Below the pieces are notes generated by a model that saw only the letters and a program-made list of their open reading frames with translations, did no database searches and was not told the origin of the DNA. Below, piece after piece: positions 30,359 to 39,800 of a DNA stretch of 41,363 nt. Numbering within the stretch: the first letter of the stretch is position 1; each line of letters begins with the position of its first letter. Source of the DNA: a virus; IMG/VR virus record IMGVR_UViG_3300045988_133265, one strand, 5' to 3'. Both the position numbers and the translations under genes were made by a program.

Positions 30359-32080
30359 TCACCATAGGCGACCGGAGTTCGTGCGGGAGTTGTTCAGGGC
30401 GCGCTGCAGCGCTCCGATCGTGGCGGGGCCGGGCTCCCCGTCGACCCAGTCCGCGAAGTCCCAACCGGCCGGCAGGTACTCGCGGTGCCAGGCGATGATC
30501 AGGTACTGGAGCGTCCTCCACGTGTCCGGTCCGAGGACGCCGTCCTCGTCCAGGCGCGGGGCGTCGTTCAGCGCCTCCTGCGTGTCGGTCGGGACCGCGG
30601 AGTTCAGGAACTGCTGGAGCCGCTCGACGGCGGGGGAGCCGTCCTCGTCTAGGACGCCGTCGATCGTGGTCCCCATGACCTGCTGCAGGCGCCCGATCGT
30701 CGCCATGCCGAAGTTCCCGTTACACACGAGCTCGGCCTGGCCGTCGGACTTGTTCTTCTTACCCGTGTACGGGCTGACCGACGGGGCGGCTGAGGCGGGG
30801 GCCGAGCGGAAGCCCGTTGACCCCCCGCCCCGCATGGCGTCCCACGCGGACCGATCACGCAGCCGGTTCAGGTCCAGCGTGCCGGAGTAGCCGGGCAGTC
30901 TGCCGTCCTCCGTGTACTGGTGGATCAAGGCACCAGACCCCCAGTAGGGGACGGACGGGACGGCCGGGTCTGAGTAGGCGCGTCCGTAGTCGCTGTACTC
31001 CGGGCCACCAGCCACCCACAGCGGGTAGCGGGCGGCGACGGCTGACCAGTCGTAGGAGTTCAGGACGTTCTGGTAGGTGTAGAAGCCCGGCGTGGTGCCA
31101 GTCTCTGCAGCCACCTGGTTCAGGAACGCCAGCGCGGGGCCGGGGCCGAGTCCGACGGCGTCGGACTCCCAGTCCAACCAGAACGTGGCGCGGCCGACGT
31201 ACGACTTCGCCCGGTCCAGGAAGTAACGGGCCTGGGCGCCCGCGTCCTCGTCGTTCGCGAAGTGGTAGAAGCCGAGTCGCTTGCCCGCGGCCAGAGTCGC
31301 CTCCGCCTGCTGTCGCCAGAACGGGTTCTCGTAGCCGGTCCCCTCCGTGATCTTCACGATCACGAAATCGGCCCAGATCGCCCGCAGGTTCAGGCCGCCC
31401 TGGTGGGACGACACGTCGATCCCGTGGGCGTGCTTGGGCTCCGAGCTCGTGATCGCCGGAGTTGGAGAGCCCGCGGGCTTGGACTTCGCGAACTCGGGCC
31501 ACTGCTGGAAGAATTTCGCCTCGTTGAACCGGTGACAGGAGGTCCAGGCGCCACGCAGCGTGTACGGGTGCCCGCTGTAGCGGGCGGTGCGGGTCTCCTG
31601 ACCGGTCTGGTCGCCGCGCTCACCGTATATGTCGCCGGTCTCGGCGATCCAGGCCTCGGACTCTAGCGGGTCGTAGCCGTTCTCGACGATCACGATCACG
31701 TGACCCACGCCGCCCTCGTTACCGGCGGACAGGACGATGTCGCCGACCTGGAAGCCGCCGTCCGGCGTCAGGTTCTCGTCAGCCCACGGCACCTCCTCGA
31801 AGCCCCGGGCCTCCATACCGGACCGGAGGTTCCCAGTCCAGAAATCGTTCGGCTCGAGGAGCGCTTGGTGGCCCCATGGTACGCCGTACGTGTGGTGGAG
31901 GCCATAGGAGATCGACCCGGCGGCCAGGCTCGAACAGTCCGCGCTCTGCGGACTGGGGACCCGCCCGTAGGCGTCAGCGGCGGCGTACCAGCTACGCCGG
32001 TCCTCGCCCTGGCTGTAGCCAACCGGCTGGTTGTCGCAGATTTCCCGCGCGATCTGCGCGGTGACTGTTCCGACGCTCAC
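30359..32080 (-). CDS. Modular endolysin: N-terminal cysteine peptidase (CHAP/NlpC-P60-like), central GH25 muramidase, C-terminal peptidoglycan-binding repeats
   Basis: The GTG at 32080 makes a GTGA overlap with the upstream stop at 32077. Domain signatures are ADCSSL...GHVIVIV for the peptidase, HGIDVSSHQG...VIVKITEGTGYENP...GFYHFA...LDWE for GH25, and MATIGRLQQVMG..DGVL...DGVLGPDTWRTLQ...PATIGALQRAL for PG binding. Confidence 0.8.
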   Translation of the reverse strand: MSVGTVTAQIAREICDNQPVGYSQGEDRRSWYAAADAYGRVPSPQSADCSSLAAGSISYGLHHTYGVPWGHQALLEPNDFWTGNLRSGMEARGFEEVPWADENLTPDGGFQVGDIVLSAGNEGGVGHVIVIVENGYDPLESEAWIAETGDIYGERGDQTGQETRTARYSGHPYTLRGAWTSCHRFNEAKFFQQWPEFAKSKPAGSPTPAITSSEPKHAHGIDVSSHQGGLNLRAIWADFVIVKITEGTGYENPFWRQQAEATLAAGKRLGFYHFANDEDAGAQARYFLDRAKSYVGRATFWLDWESDAVGLGPGPALAFLNQVAAETGTTPGFYTYQNVLNSYDWSAVAARYPLWVAGGPEYSDYGRAYSDPAVPSVPYWGSGALIHQYTEDGRLPGYSGTLDLNRLRDRSAWDAMRGGGSTGFRSAPASAAPSVSPYTGKKNKSDGQAELVCNGNFGMATIGRLQQVMGTTIDGVLDEDGSPAVERLQQFLNSAVPTDTQEALNDAPRLDEDGVLGPDTWRTLQYLIIAWHREYLPAGWDFADWVDGEPGPATIGALQRALNNSRTNSGRLW

Positions 32081-32427
32081 GCGACTCCTCCCTGCTGCTC
32101 CTCCCAGCCCGCGGCGAAGTTGACCGGTCCGGCCTTGAACGGATTGAGCCACGCGCGCGCCACGTTCTTGTAGGTCCGCTTGTCGACGACGATCCGCTCG
32201 CCGGGGCCGACCACGGCACCGGGCTGCAAGCTCTTGAAGTCCTTAGCCTCGTGGGAGACCGACGCCTCGTAGGCGTCGATCCGGGCGTCGACTTCCTTCT
32301 TGCAGTCGCGCAGGTACTCACGTCGGCTGTTCTCGGCTGAGACGCGCTCAGCGAGGGCGACGAAGTCGGCGTCCGCCATGAAGCGCAGGCCGCGCTCCGA
32401 CGTGTCCATGAATCCGGGGTTTGCCAT
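32077..32427 (-). CDS. Hypothetical protein (between tail and lysis genes)
   Basis: 116-aa ORF with a TGATG overlap with the upstream gene. Confidence 0.55.
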   Translation of the reverse strand: MANPGFMDTSERGLRFMADADFVALAERVSAENSRREYLRDCKKEVDARIDAYEASVSHEAKDFKSLQPGAVVGPGERIVVDKRTYKNVARAWLNPFKAGPVNFAAGWEEQQGGVA

Positions 32428-33077
32428 CAGGCCATGCTCCTTGGGTGGGCTAGTGCGAACAGGGTGGAGTAGGCGGAGTCTCCGCTGATGGAGAAAGTTC
32501 CGCCTGTTCCGTACGCTCCGGTGAATCCGCAGCGAATCTTCGGGTCCTGACCGGCGGGGACCACGCGGATCCCGGTGACCGTGACGGTCGCGCCGGTGGA
32601 GTCGTTAGGGAAACGAGCTCGGTACGGGCGGTCCAGGAGGAGCACGGTCGCGTCCACGTCGCCCGCCGCGACGCGCCCCCACACGGTGAAAGAGACCTGG
32701 ACGATCCGGTCGTATGGGCGGACGCCCAGATCGACCTGGGCGGCTCCCGAGTACTGGCCGTTCCCGAGTTTGAGCGTGTTGTTGATCGGCACGCTGGCTT
32801 CCACGGCCTGGACCTCGTTGATCGGTCGCAGGATCCACGTGTTGCCGTTCTTCGAACCGTCCGATCGGTACAGGACGCCGCCGACGTCCAGATACGCGGG
32901 GTGCGCGGCCGTGGGCGGGTGATCGGCGGCCTCCGCCTTCGACAGGATCTCCCGGCCAGCGGCTACGGACTGGGCGGGGAAGACGATCCCCGCGGCGTCC
33001 AGGGCGGCGGGCCACGCGGACAACAGGTCGTCCCCGGCCTCCGGGACCGGGACTCCCTTCCAGTGAGTCGTGGGCAC
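32427..33077 (-). CDS. Minor tail protein (position-based)
   Basis: 216-aa ORF with a GTG start preceded by AAGGAGG. It lies downstream of the large tail fibre-like gene. Confidence 0.55.
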   Translation of the reverse strand: MPTTHWKGVPVPEAGDDLLSAWPAALDAAGIVFPAQSVAAGREILSKAEAADHPPTAAHPAYLDVGGVLYRSDGSKNGNTWILRPINEVQAVEASVPINNTLKLGNGQYSGAAQVDLGVRPYDRIVQVSFTVWGRVAAGDVDATVLLLDRPYRARFPNDSTGATVTVTGIRVVPAGQDPKIRCGFTGAYGTGGTFSISGDSAYSTLFALAHPRSMA

Positions 33078-33089
33078 GTGTCCTCCTTG

Positions 33090-35138
33090 TTACTTCGTGT
33101 AAGAGATTTCGATCACCAGGTCGTGGGACCAGTAGCCGTACGACGCGTTCCCGACTCCCTCGAAAGAGATGCCGCGGTACGTGCCGTCCTTGAATCCCGG
33201 CCAGAGGTTTCTGGGGACGCTCACCCACCGGCCCTCGCCACGGCCCCAGCCGCCAGCCTCGTGCCAGCGCCACGCGCCGTTGGGGTTGAACGACCCGGGC
33301 GCGGAGGCGTATGGGTGCACGCCGATGGAGGCGACGCCGGTCTGCCCGTACCAGTGGAGCGCGTACGCGTAGACTCGCATGCCCGTGATCGTCGCCCCGG
33401 CCAGGTCGCCCGTCATGCTTGGGAAGCCGATCAGACTGCTGTAGTTCCAACTGGCGTAGCGGCCCTGCGGCATGTTGTCCGGCCAGGCCGAGTCGGGTGA
33501 GCCGTTGGAGTAGGCGCGCCACCAGTTGGAGCGGAACTGCTTCGTGTAGTTCTGTTTCGGCTTGGGCTGCTCCACGGGCTTGGTCACGCCCAGCGAGACG
33601 GACTTGTTGATCTGTAGAGTCGGCTCCACCGCGCGACCCAGGTCTTGCACCAGGGCGTACGGCTGGGGCAGTCCTTGGTCCTCTACGGTCAGAGTCACGC
33701 CCTCGGATCCGTAGGTGGAGGCCACGAGGAACAGCAGCCGGTACGTACCGGACTCCGGGGGCGTCCATATAGGGAAGACGGCCTGGCTGGTCTGAATCTG
33801 TCGGACGTTGTCCGAGGTGGCACGGAATCGGTGCTCGGTCTGGTGCTTCCCGCCGTCCGCGGTCGCGTAGCGCAGCCAGAACTCGAGCATGGCGTTCGGC
33901 TTGTTCGAGAACCACGGGATCACGGCCTCGGCCCGGTACGCCCGGTCGGCCTCGGCGTCGAACACGAGTTCGAACACGGAATCGGTCACGCCCACCTGGT
34001 GGCGATTGTTACCTGGCCACGGCCACACGGACCCGTGGGCGACCACGCCACGGGGCATGGCGGCCAGGGTCTCAGCCAGGTCCGTACCGCGCCAAGTGAG
34101 CCGGTCGGCCACGGACAGGGACTGGGTGGACACGACGCCGTCACCGGTGATCGTGGCCTTAGCCAAGCCGTCCGTGCCCGTGATCGACAGAAAGTCCGCA
34201 CCGGCGGTACCGAGCGTGACGACCTCGGTGGGCTGGTTCCTGACGGCCTTCACCACGTGGAGCCCCGTGGAGTCCATAATCGCCGCGTCCCCCGACGGGT
34301 CACCAGCCACGATCCGCGTCGACAGGCGGATCGTGTCAGCCAGGAGCTCGCCCGTGATCTTCGCCTGCCCAGCCTCGAGCATGGCGGTCGTGACTTTCGC
34401 GAAGGTCGCGAGCTTCGCCCACAGTTCATCACCGGCGACGACTTTCGACGCGGTTACCGCGCCGTCGGCCAGTTGAACCGAGCCCACCGAGCCCGGGACC
34501 AGGACACGCCCGGCCACCAGCGTGTGGTCCTGCCACGACTTCGCCGCGGCGTCCCAGACCTTGATCCCGGTGGCCTGTTTGTTCGCGCCGGTCACCACCC
34601 ACACGTCCCCGTCCACGGGGGAGTTCGGGGCGGTGGCGGCGACGGTCACGCGACCGATCGCCCGCTTCAGGGCGTTCGCAGCCGCCTCGCCGGAGGTGGT
34701 CGCGGCGTCCTTCGCGGCCTTGACCTCCTGGTCCAGGCGCTTCTGCGCCGCCTCGATTTCTTTCCGGGTCGCGTCCAACTCGGCACGCGTACCCGCGGCC
34801 TCGAGCGCGTACCGGCCCGTCAGACCCGTTGGGCGGGCTGCAGCCCCTTCGGGCAGAGCCACCGGGGCCACCACCTGGTAGACGCGGCCGTCCCCGGACT
34901 GCAGGCACGTGCACTCCGCACCGACGGCGGTCACGCCGCCGTCGGCCGGGGCCACGACCTCGCTGGCCGGGTCGTCTGCCGGCAGTTCCACACGGACCAG
35001 TCCGCCGTCCAGGACTTCCAGGACACGGCCCGTGGTCCACGTGCCCGCCTGACTGCCGGAGCCATACGACGCCTGCTGACTGGCGACCGCCGTGGCTGAG
35101 GACGGCTTGCGGTCGATCCACAGGTTCGGGTTCACCAT
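33090..35138 (-). CDS. Minor tail protein / receptor-binding fibre candidate
   Basis: 682 aa. It has a central coiled-coil (LEAAGTRAELDATRKEIEAAQKRLDQEVKAAKDAA) and a beta-rich C-terminal domain. It lies in the distal tail gene block. Confidence 0.65.
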   Translation of the reverse strand: MVNPNLWIDRKPSSATAVASQQASYGSGSQAGTWTTGRVLEVLDGGLVRVELPADDPASEVVAPADGGVTAVGAECTCLQSGDGRVYQVVAPVALPEGAAARPTGLTGRYALEAAGTRAELDATRKEIEAAQKRLDQEVKAAKDAATTSGEAAANALKRAIGRVTVAATAPNSPVDGDVWVVTGANKQATGIKVWDAAAKSWQDHTLVAGRVLVPGSVGSVQLADGAVTASKVVAGDELWAKLATFAKVTTAMLEAGQAKITGELLADTIRLSTRIVAGDPSGDAAIMDSTGLHVVKAVRNQPTEVVTLGTAGADFLSITGTDGLAKATITGDGVVSTQSLSVADRLTWRGTDLAETLAAMPRGVVAHGSVWPWPGNNRHQVGVTDSVFELVFDAEADRAYRAEAVIPWFSNKPNAMLEFWLRYATADGGKHQTEHRFRATSDNVRQIQTSQAVFPIWTPPESGTYRLLFLVASTYGSEGVTLTVEDQGLPQPYALVQDLGRAVEPTLQINKSVSLGVTKPVEQPKPKQNYTKQFRSNWWRAYSNGSPDSAWPDNMPQGRYASWNYSSLIGFPSMTGDLAGATITGMRVYAYALHWYGQTGVASIGVHPYASAPGSFNPNGAWRWHEAGGWGRGEGRWVSVPRNLWPGFKDGTYRGISFEGVGNASYGYWSHDLVIEISYTK

Positions 35139-36193
35139 GCCAGCTCCTCCACGTCCACACGCATCAGCCCGCCCGGCTTGTCCACCGGCAGGCTGTAGGC
35201 GACGATCTTGCCCACGACGATCTCGTCCGCGTCCGTGTGTACAGCGATCACGTCGCCGACCTCGAGCCGCGGGTCCGGGACGATCTCAAGCGACCGCTTC
35301 GAGGCGGCCGACAGCGCCGTGAGCATGTTCGTGTTCGCGGCCTGTCGGACGGCCGCGGCGGAGGACGCGGCGTTGAACTCGCGCCGGTCCGTGACCCACC
35401 CGTACACGGACGGCTCGTACGGCCAGGACGTGTTCAGCGCGGTACCGGTCCAGCGCACGGCGGGCGCCTTGTCGTCAGTCTGTTGCGGGGAGCCGACGGA
35501 CACCCACCGGTTTGGGCGGCGCTCCACCGACTTGCGGGGCGCCTCCACCAACAGGTCACGACCCGTGTAGCGGGCCACCGGCTCGCGGGCGTCGGTCTGC
35601 TTCCACAGGTGGAGTTGGCCGTCTGCCTTCACCGCCCAGTTCAGCCCCCGGGCCACACACAGGTCCCGGATCGCCTCGGACCGGCTGTGACCCCACTGGG
35701 TGGAGGGACTGACCAGCGGGTCCGGGGTCCCCGGGTCCAGGACCACGGGCAGAGCCCCAGCCAGGCGCTGCGCCTCAGTCAGGACGGTCGCCCCACGGGG
35801 CGGGGACGACGGCCAGGCCATCGGGTCCTGCTCAAGCAGCTGCATGAGGTCCAGGGCCTCGACTTTCACCTTCCCGGAGGCGTCCTCCTCCCACGTCTGG
35901 TGCTGCCACCAGCCCAGGTCGACCGAGTCGCGGCCGGTCGGAGTCTCGAGAACCATGAGCACGTGACTGCGCTGCCCGTAGTTGTTCAGGGCGGCCGCGG
36001 GGGACTCGGGCACCCAACCGGACGGGCACGTGTACGTCAGTTTCCCGGGGACGACCCGGTCGGACGCCCAGTCGATCTGTACGTCCTCGCACGGCACGTC
36101 CAGTGCGACGACGGTCCGACCCAGGTGGACGTCGATCCGGGCCCCGACGGCGACGACCCCCTTGAGCACCTCGGTGCTGGGGCCGGGTCTCAC
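35132..36193 (-). CDS. Minor tail protein (Tal/hub-like by position)
   Basis: The GTG at 36193 makes a GTGA overlap with the upstream stop at 36190. The 353-aa protein follows the Dit-like gene. The track's N-terminal extension was rejected. Confidence 0.6.
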   Translation of the reverse strand: MRPGPSTEVLKGVVAVGARIDVHLGRTVVALDVPCEDVQIDWASDRVVPGKLTYTCPSGWVPESPAAALNNYGQRSHVLMVLETPTGRDSVDLGWWQHQTWEEDASGKVKVEALDLMQLLEQDPMAWPSSPPRGATVLTEAQRLAGALPVVLDPGTPDPLVSPSTQWGHSRSEAIRDLCVARGLNWAVKADGQLHLWKQTDAREPVARYTGRDLLVEAPRKSVERRPNRWVSVGSPQQTDDKAPAVRWTGTALNTSWPYEPSVYGWVTDRREFNAASSAAAVRQAANTNMLTALSAASKRSLEIVPDPRLEVGDVIAVHTDADEIVVGKIVAYSLPVDKPGGLMRVDVEELAW

Positions 36194-36888
36194 GGCATCC
36201 CCTGTACACGGCGGGCGACCTCGAGCGCGGACCACGCTTGCCAACCCGGTTCGTCCGGGTGGCTCTCCCCGTAGTCCGCCCACTCGCCCCAGGTGGTGAC
36301 CGGGACGGCCCCGAGGCCGGTCCGGTTGTCCTGGGGCTCGAACTCGGTCCACTTCACGGTGAACTGCAGGTCCTGGTCCCACAGGCGCTTGCGTGCGACG
36401 CTGTTGACCACGACGGTTCGGGGCGGTACGCCGTCCGTGGGGGCGGTGGGGACCAGCGTGATCGGGTTATGCGACTGTAACAGCCACCACATGTACGCCT
36501 CGTAGGCGGGCGGGCACACGATGACGCCCTCGCCGGTGACGGGCTCGTCCCTCAGCGCCCACCGGGTCACGCCACCCACGCGAGCCACCTGGGCGGACCA
36601 GTCCAGCGGGTCGCTGTTGTGTACGTAAACCAGGCCGGGGATCGACCGGCCGTCCCGGCTGGCTACGTGTACGCCGTACCAGTCCCCCACGGGGCGCGTG
36701 AGCTCGGCACTCTCCGTGCCGATCCGGTACGTGATTGGGACGCCGGGGGCGGCCAGGGCGTCAGCCACGAGGCGCTGGCCCTGACCGACCACGGCCAGGA
36801 GGCGGTCCCCGGCCATGACCTGGCCAGGTCCGTCCACAAGCAGGGACGGCAGTCCGGAGACCTCACCGATCCAAGCCTTTATAGCCAC
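36190..36888 (-). CDS. Distal tail protein (Dit-like by position)
   Basis: 232-aa ORF, the first gene after the tape measure. Confidence 0.55.
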   Translation of the reverse strand: MAIKAWIGEVSGLPSLLVDGPGQVMAGDRLLAVVGQGQRLVADALAAPGVPITYRIGTESAELTRPVGDWYGVHVASRDGRSIPGLVYVHNSDPLDWSAQVARVGGVTRWALRDEPVTGEGVIVCPPAYEAYMWWLLQSHNPITLVPTAPTDGVPPRTVVVNSVARKRLWDQDLQFTVKWTEFEPQDNRTGLGAVPVTTWGEWADYGESHPDEPGWQAWSALEVARRVQGMP

Positions 36889-36898
36889 CGCGCCCCTA

Positions 36899-39800
36899 TC
36901 AGTTGTCGCTGGAGGCGGCGATCACTACGCGCTCAGCCTCCACACGCATCCTACCGACTAGTTTACCGTCCACGTCAACGACTGTCAACTCGGACGGGCT
37001 GTTCTGGCGCGTCAGGAGCTCGTCGATCTTGTCCCACTGGCTACCGGTGAAGACCGGCTCGGGCTTGCCCGTCGCGTTCAGGACCGGCGTGATCCCGGGC
37101 TGCAGGAAGCCGCCGTCGTCGAACTTGTACAGGCCGGTGGACGGCGACCCGTAGATCGGGACCTCACGGACCGGGATCCCGAAAGTCGGAGCCTCGACCA
37201 TCATGCCGTTACCGGAGGCGATCGCTATGTGGTGGGCGGGAGCGCCCCAGAACAGGAGCGTGCCGGGCGTGTTGTAGGAGCCACCGGGCGTGGAGCCCGC
37301 TTGGTAGCCCGCGGCCGTCAGGCGGGGGATCTGGGACCCGAGTTGGTGGGCCGCCCAGTAGACCAGGCCGGAACAGTCGACGCCGGGCGGGATCGACGAC
37401 CCGCCCCATACGTAGGTCGCGCCAATCGCTTTACGCGCGGCATTGACTATGTCGCTGGCCGCCATGTTCGCGGTCTTTCCTTTGAGCCACTCGCCGAAGC
37501 TGTCGACCCACTTACCAGGGATCGCGCCCGCCATGTCGTGGAAGAACGCCGAGCCAGGGAGAGCCTTCATAGCGAGGTTCATCGGGACTCGCATCAGGTT
37601 CTCGACCGCCCCAAGCGGGTCGGAGATGATCGAAGAGACCGCGTCCGCCGCGCTGGAGATCCAGCTGGTGGCCGAGTCCCAACCCGACTTGGCGGCGCCC
37701 TTGACCTTGTCCCAGATACCACCATCCGCGAATGCCGCGAACTTCGCACCCCGGTCCCCGCCGGGGATCGAACGGCCGGAGCCGCGAGAGGCGGCGTCAT
37801 TCATTCGTTCGATAGCCGACGGGCCACCGACGGCACGGACCCACTCGGGCCGCATGATCGCCTCGCCACCGGACAAGGCAATGGCTCCGCCGCCGTCGGG
37901 GCTATAGAAGTGGAAGACGTCGCGCCCAGGCGTGTAGCCAGGCAGGACACCACCGGACGCATATCCGGGGATCCCGGAGACTGCCGGCAGTCGCAGACCT
38001 AGCCCGAGCTTGTCCGCGATAGAATCGGCCGTCTTCTTGATCCCGTCCCGGTAGACGGTGTTGATAATGAAGTTGATCGGCTTGGCGGCGACCGACTTGA
38101 CCCCATCCCACACGGTCTGGATACCGGACTTCATGGTCTCGAAGGCCTTTTTGATGTTCGTGGTGACCGTGTCGAAGATCGGTTTGACGGTGTTCTGGAA
38201 CCAGGTGACGACCGTGTTGATCGTGGCCTTGATACCATCCCAAATGGTCTTCAACCCGTTCCACAGCGTGTCCGCACTGGACTTGATCCCGTTCCACACC
38301 GTGGAGATGACGGGTTGCACGTAGGTCTGGAACCAACTGACGACCGTGAGTACGGCTGATTTGATTCCGTTCCAAGCCCAGTTGATCCCGTCCCACAGGA
38401 GCTGGGCCCCAGCCTTGATCCCGTCCCAGACTAGCGACAGGACGGGCTGTACATAGGTCTGGAACCAGGACACGACCGTGAACACGGCCGTCTTAATCCC
38501 CGACCACACCCACTGCATCGCGGCCCACAGCAACTGTGCGCCGACTTGGATCCCCGACCATACAAGGGACAGGACGGGTTGCACGTACGTCTGGAACCAT
38601 CCGACCACGACGGCTGCAGCCGCCTTGATCCCGTCCCAGACCCAGACAATCCCGGCCCATAGGGCCTGAGCTCCGATCTTAATCCCGTCCCACACGGCGG
38701 ATAATACTGGAGCCACGTAGGTAATGATCCAATCGACCACGGTGGAGATCGCGACCTTCCACGCCTGGAAGTACAACGCGATGGCCGTAGCCAGGACCCA
38801 CACACCAACCTTGATCCCGGTCCAGACTCCGGACAGGACCGGACCGACCCAGGAGGAGATCCAGCCAACCACACCACTGATCGCGGTCTTGATCCCGTTC
38901 CATACGGTGGAGACCGCGGTGCTCAGTACCGACCAGACCGTGCTCAGGACGGAGACCGCGCCGGAGATCACTGGCACGACATAGGACGTGAAAAATCCGC
39001 TGACCGCCCCCCAGACCGTGTTCCACGTGGAACCGAGCGCGTTGATCGTGGTGTCCCAGTAGGGCGCAATCCAGTCCAGGAACTTCTTGAACTCGGCGGT
39101 GATCGACGCCCACGCCTTCTTGCCCGTCTCGGTCTGCGTGAAGAACCAGGCCAGACCGGCAGTCACCGCGGCGATCGCAGTGACGACCAGGAAGATCGGG
39201 TTCGCGTTCATCACGACGTTGAACGCCGCCTGCGCCCCCTTAGCCAGGTCGACGGCCCGCTTCATGGAGTTCAGACCAGCCACGAACTGCAGCAGACTGC
39301 CGGCAGACTGGATCGCCGCCATCGCCTTGGTCGCCGTGTTCAGGGCGTAGAACGAGGCCACGACCGTGCCGATCGTGACCCCCAGGGTCGACAGCACGCC
39401 CTTGTTATCAATCACCCAGCCGGAGAACTTCAAGGCCGCGTCCACAGCCTTACTGACCGCGTCCCTCAGTCCCTCGAAGAAACCCATGAGCGCCGAGTCC
39501 GGCTTGATCCCCAGAATCGGCTTGTTCGTATCCCCCGTGAAGACCAGGGACGCCAGCCCCTGGACCGACGGGATTAGCGTGTTGTTTATCCACTCCCCGG
39601 CGGCCATCGCCCCGTCCCGGATCCGGAACAGGAAATCGACCAGGCCGCTGTCCTCCTCAAGTCCGAACAACTTGTCCGGTCCCTGGTAGTCCCCGGAGAA
39701 CAGGATCGACGCGACGCCCTGCAGGCCGGGCATGAGCGTGCCGGTGATCCAGTCACCAGCGGCCCGGGCGGACTCGCCGATCTTGAACAGGAAGTCGACG

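Noticed and set aside
32081-32152. Longer endolysin start (track ORF 30359..32152).
   Set aside because: It would overlap the upstream gene by 76 nt and add a low-complexity Arg/Gly segment. The GTG at 32080 forms the GTGA coupling used throughout this operon.
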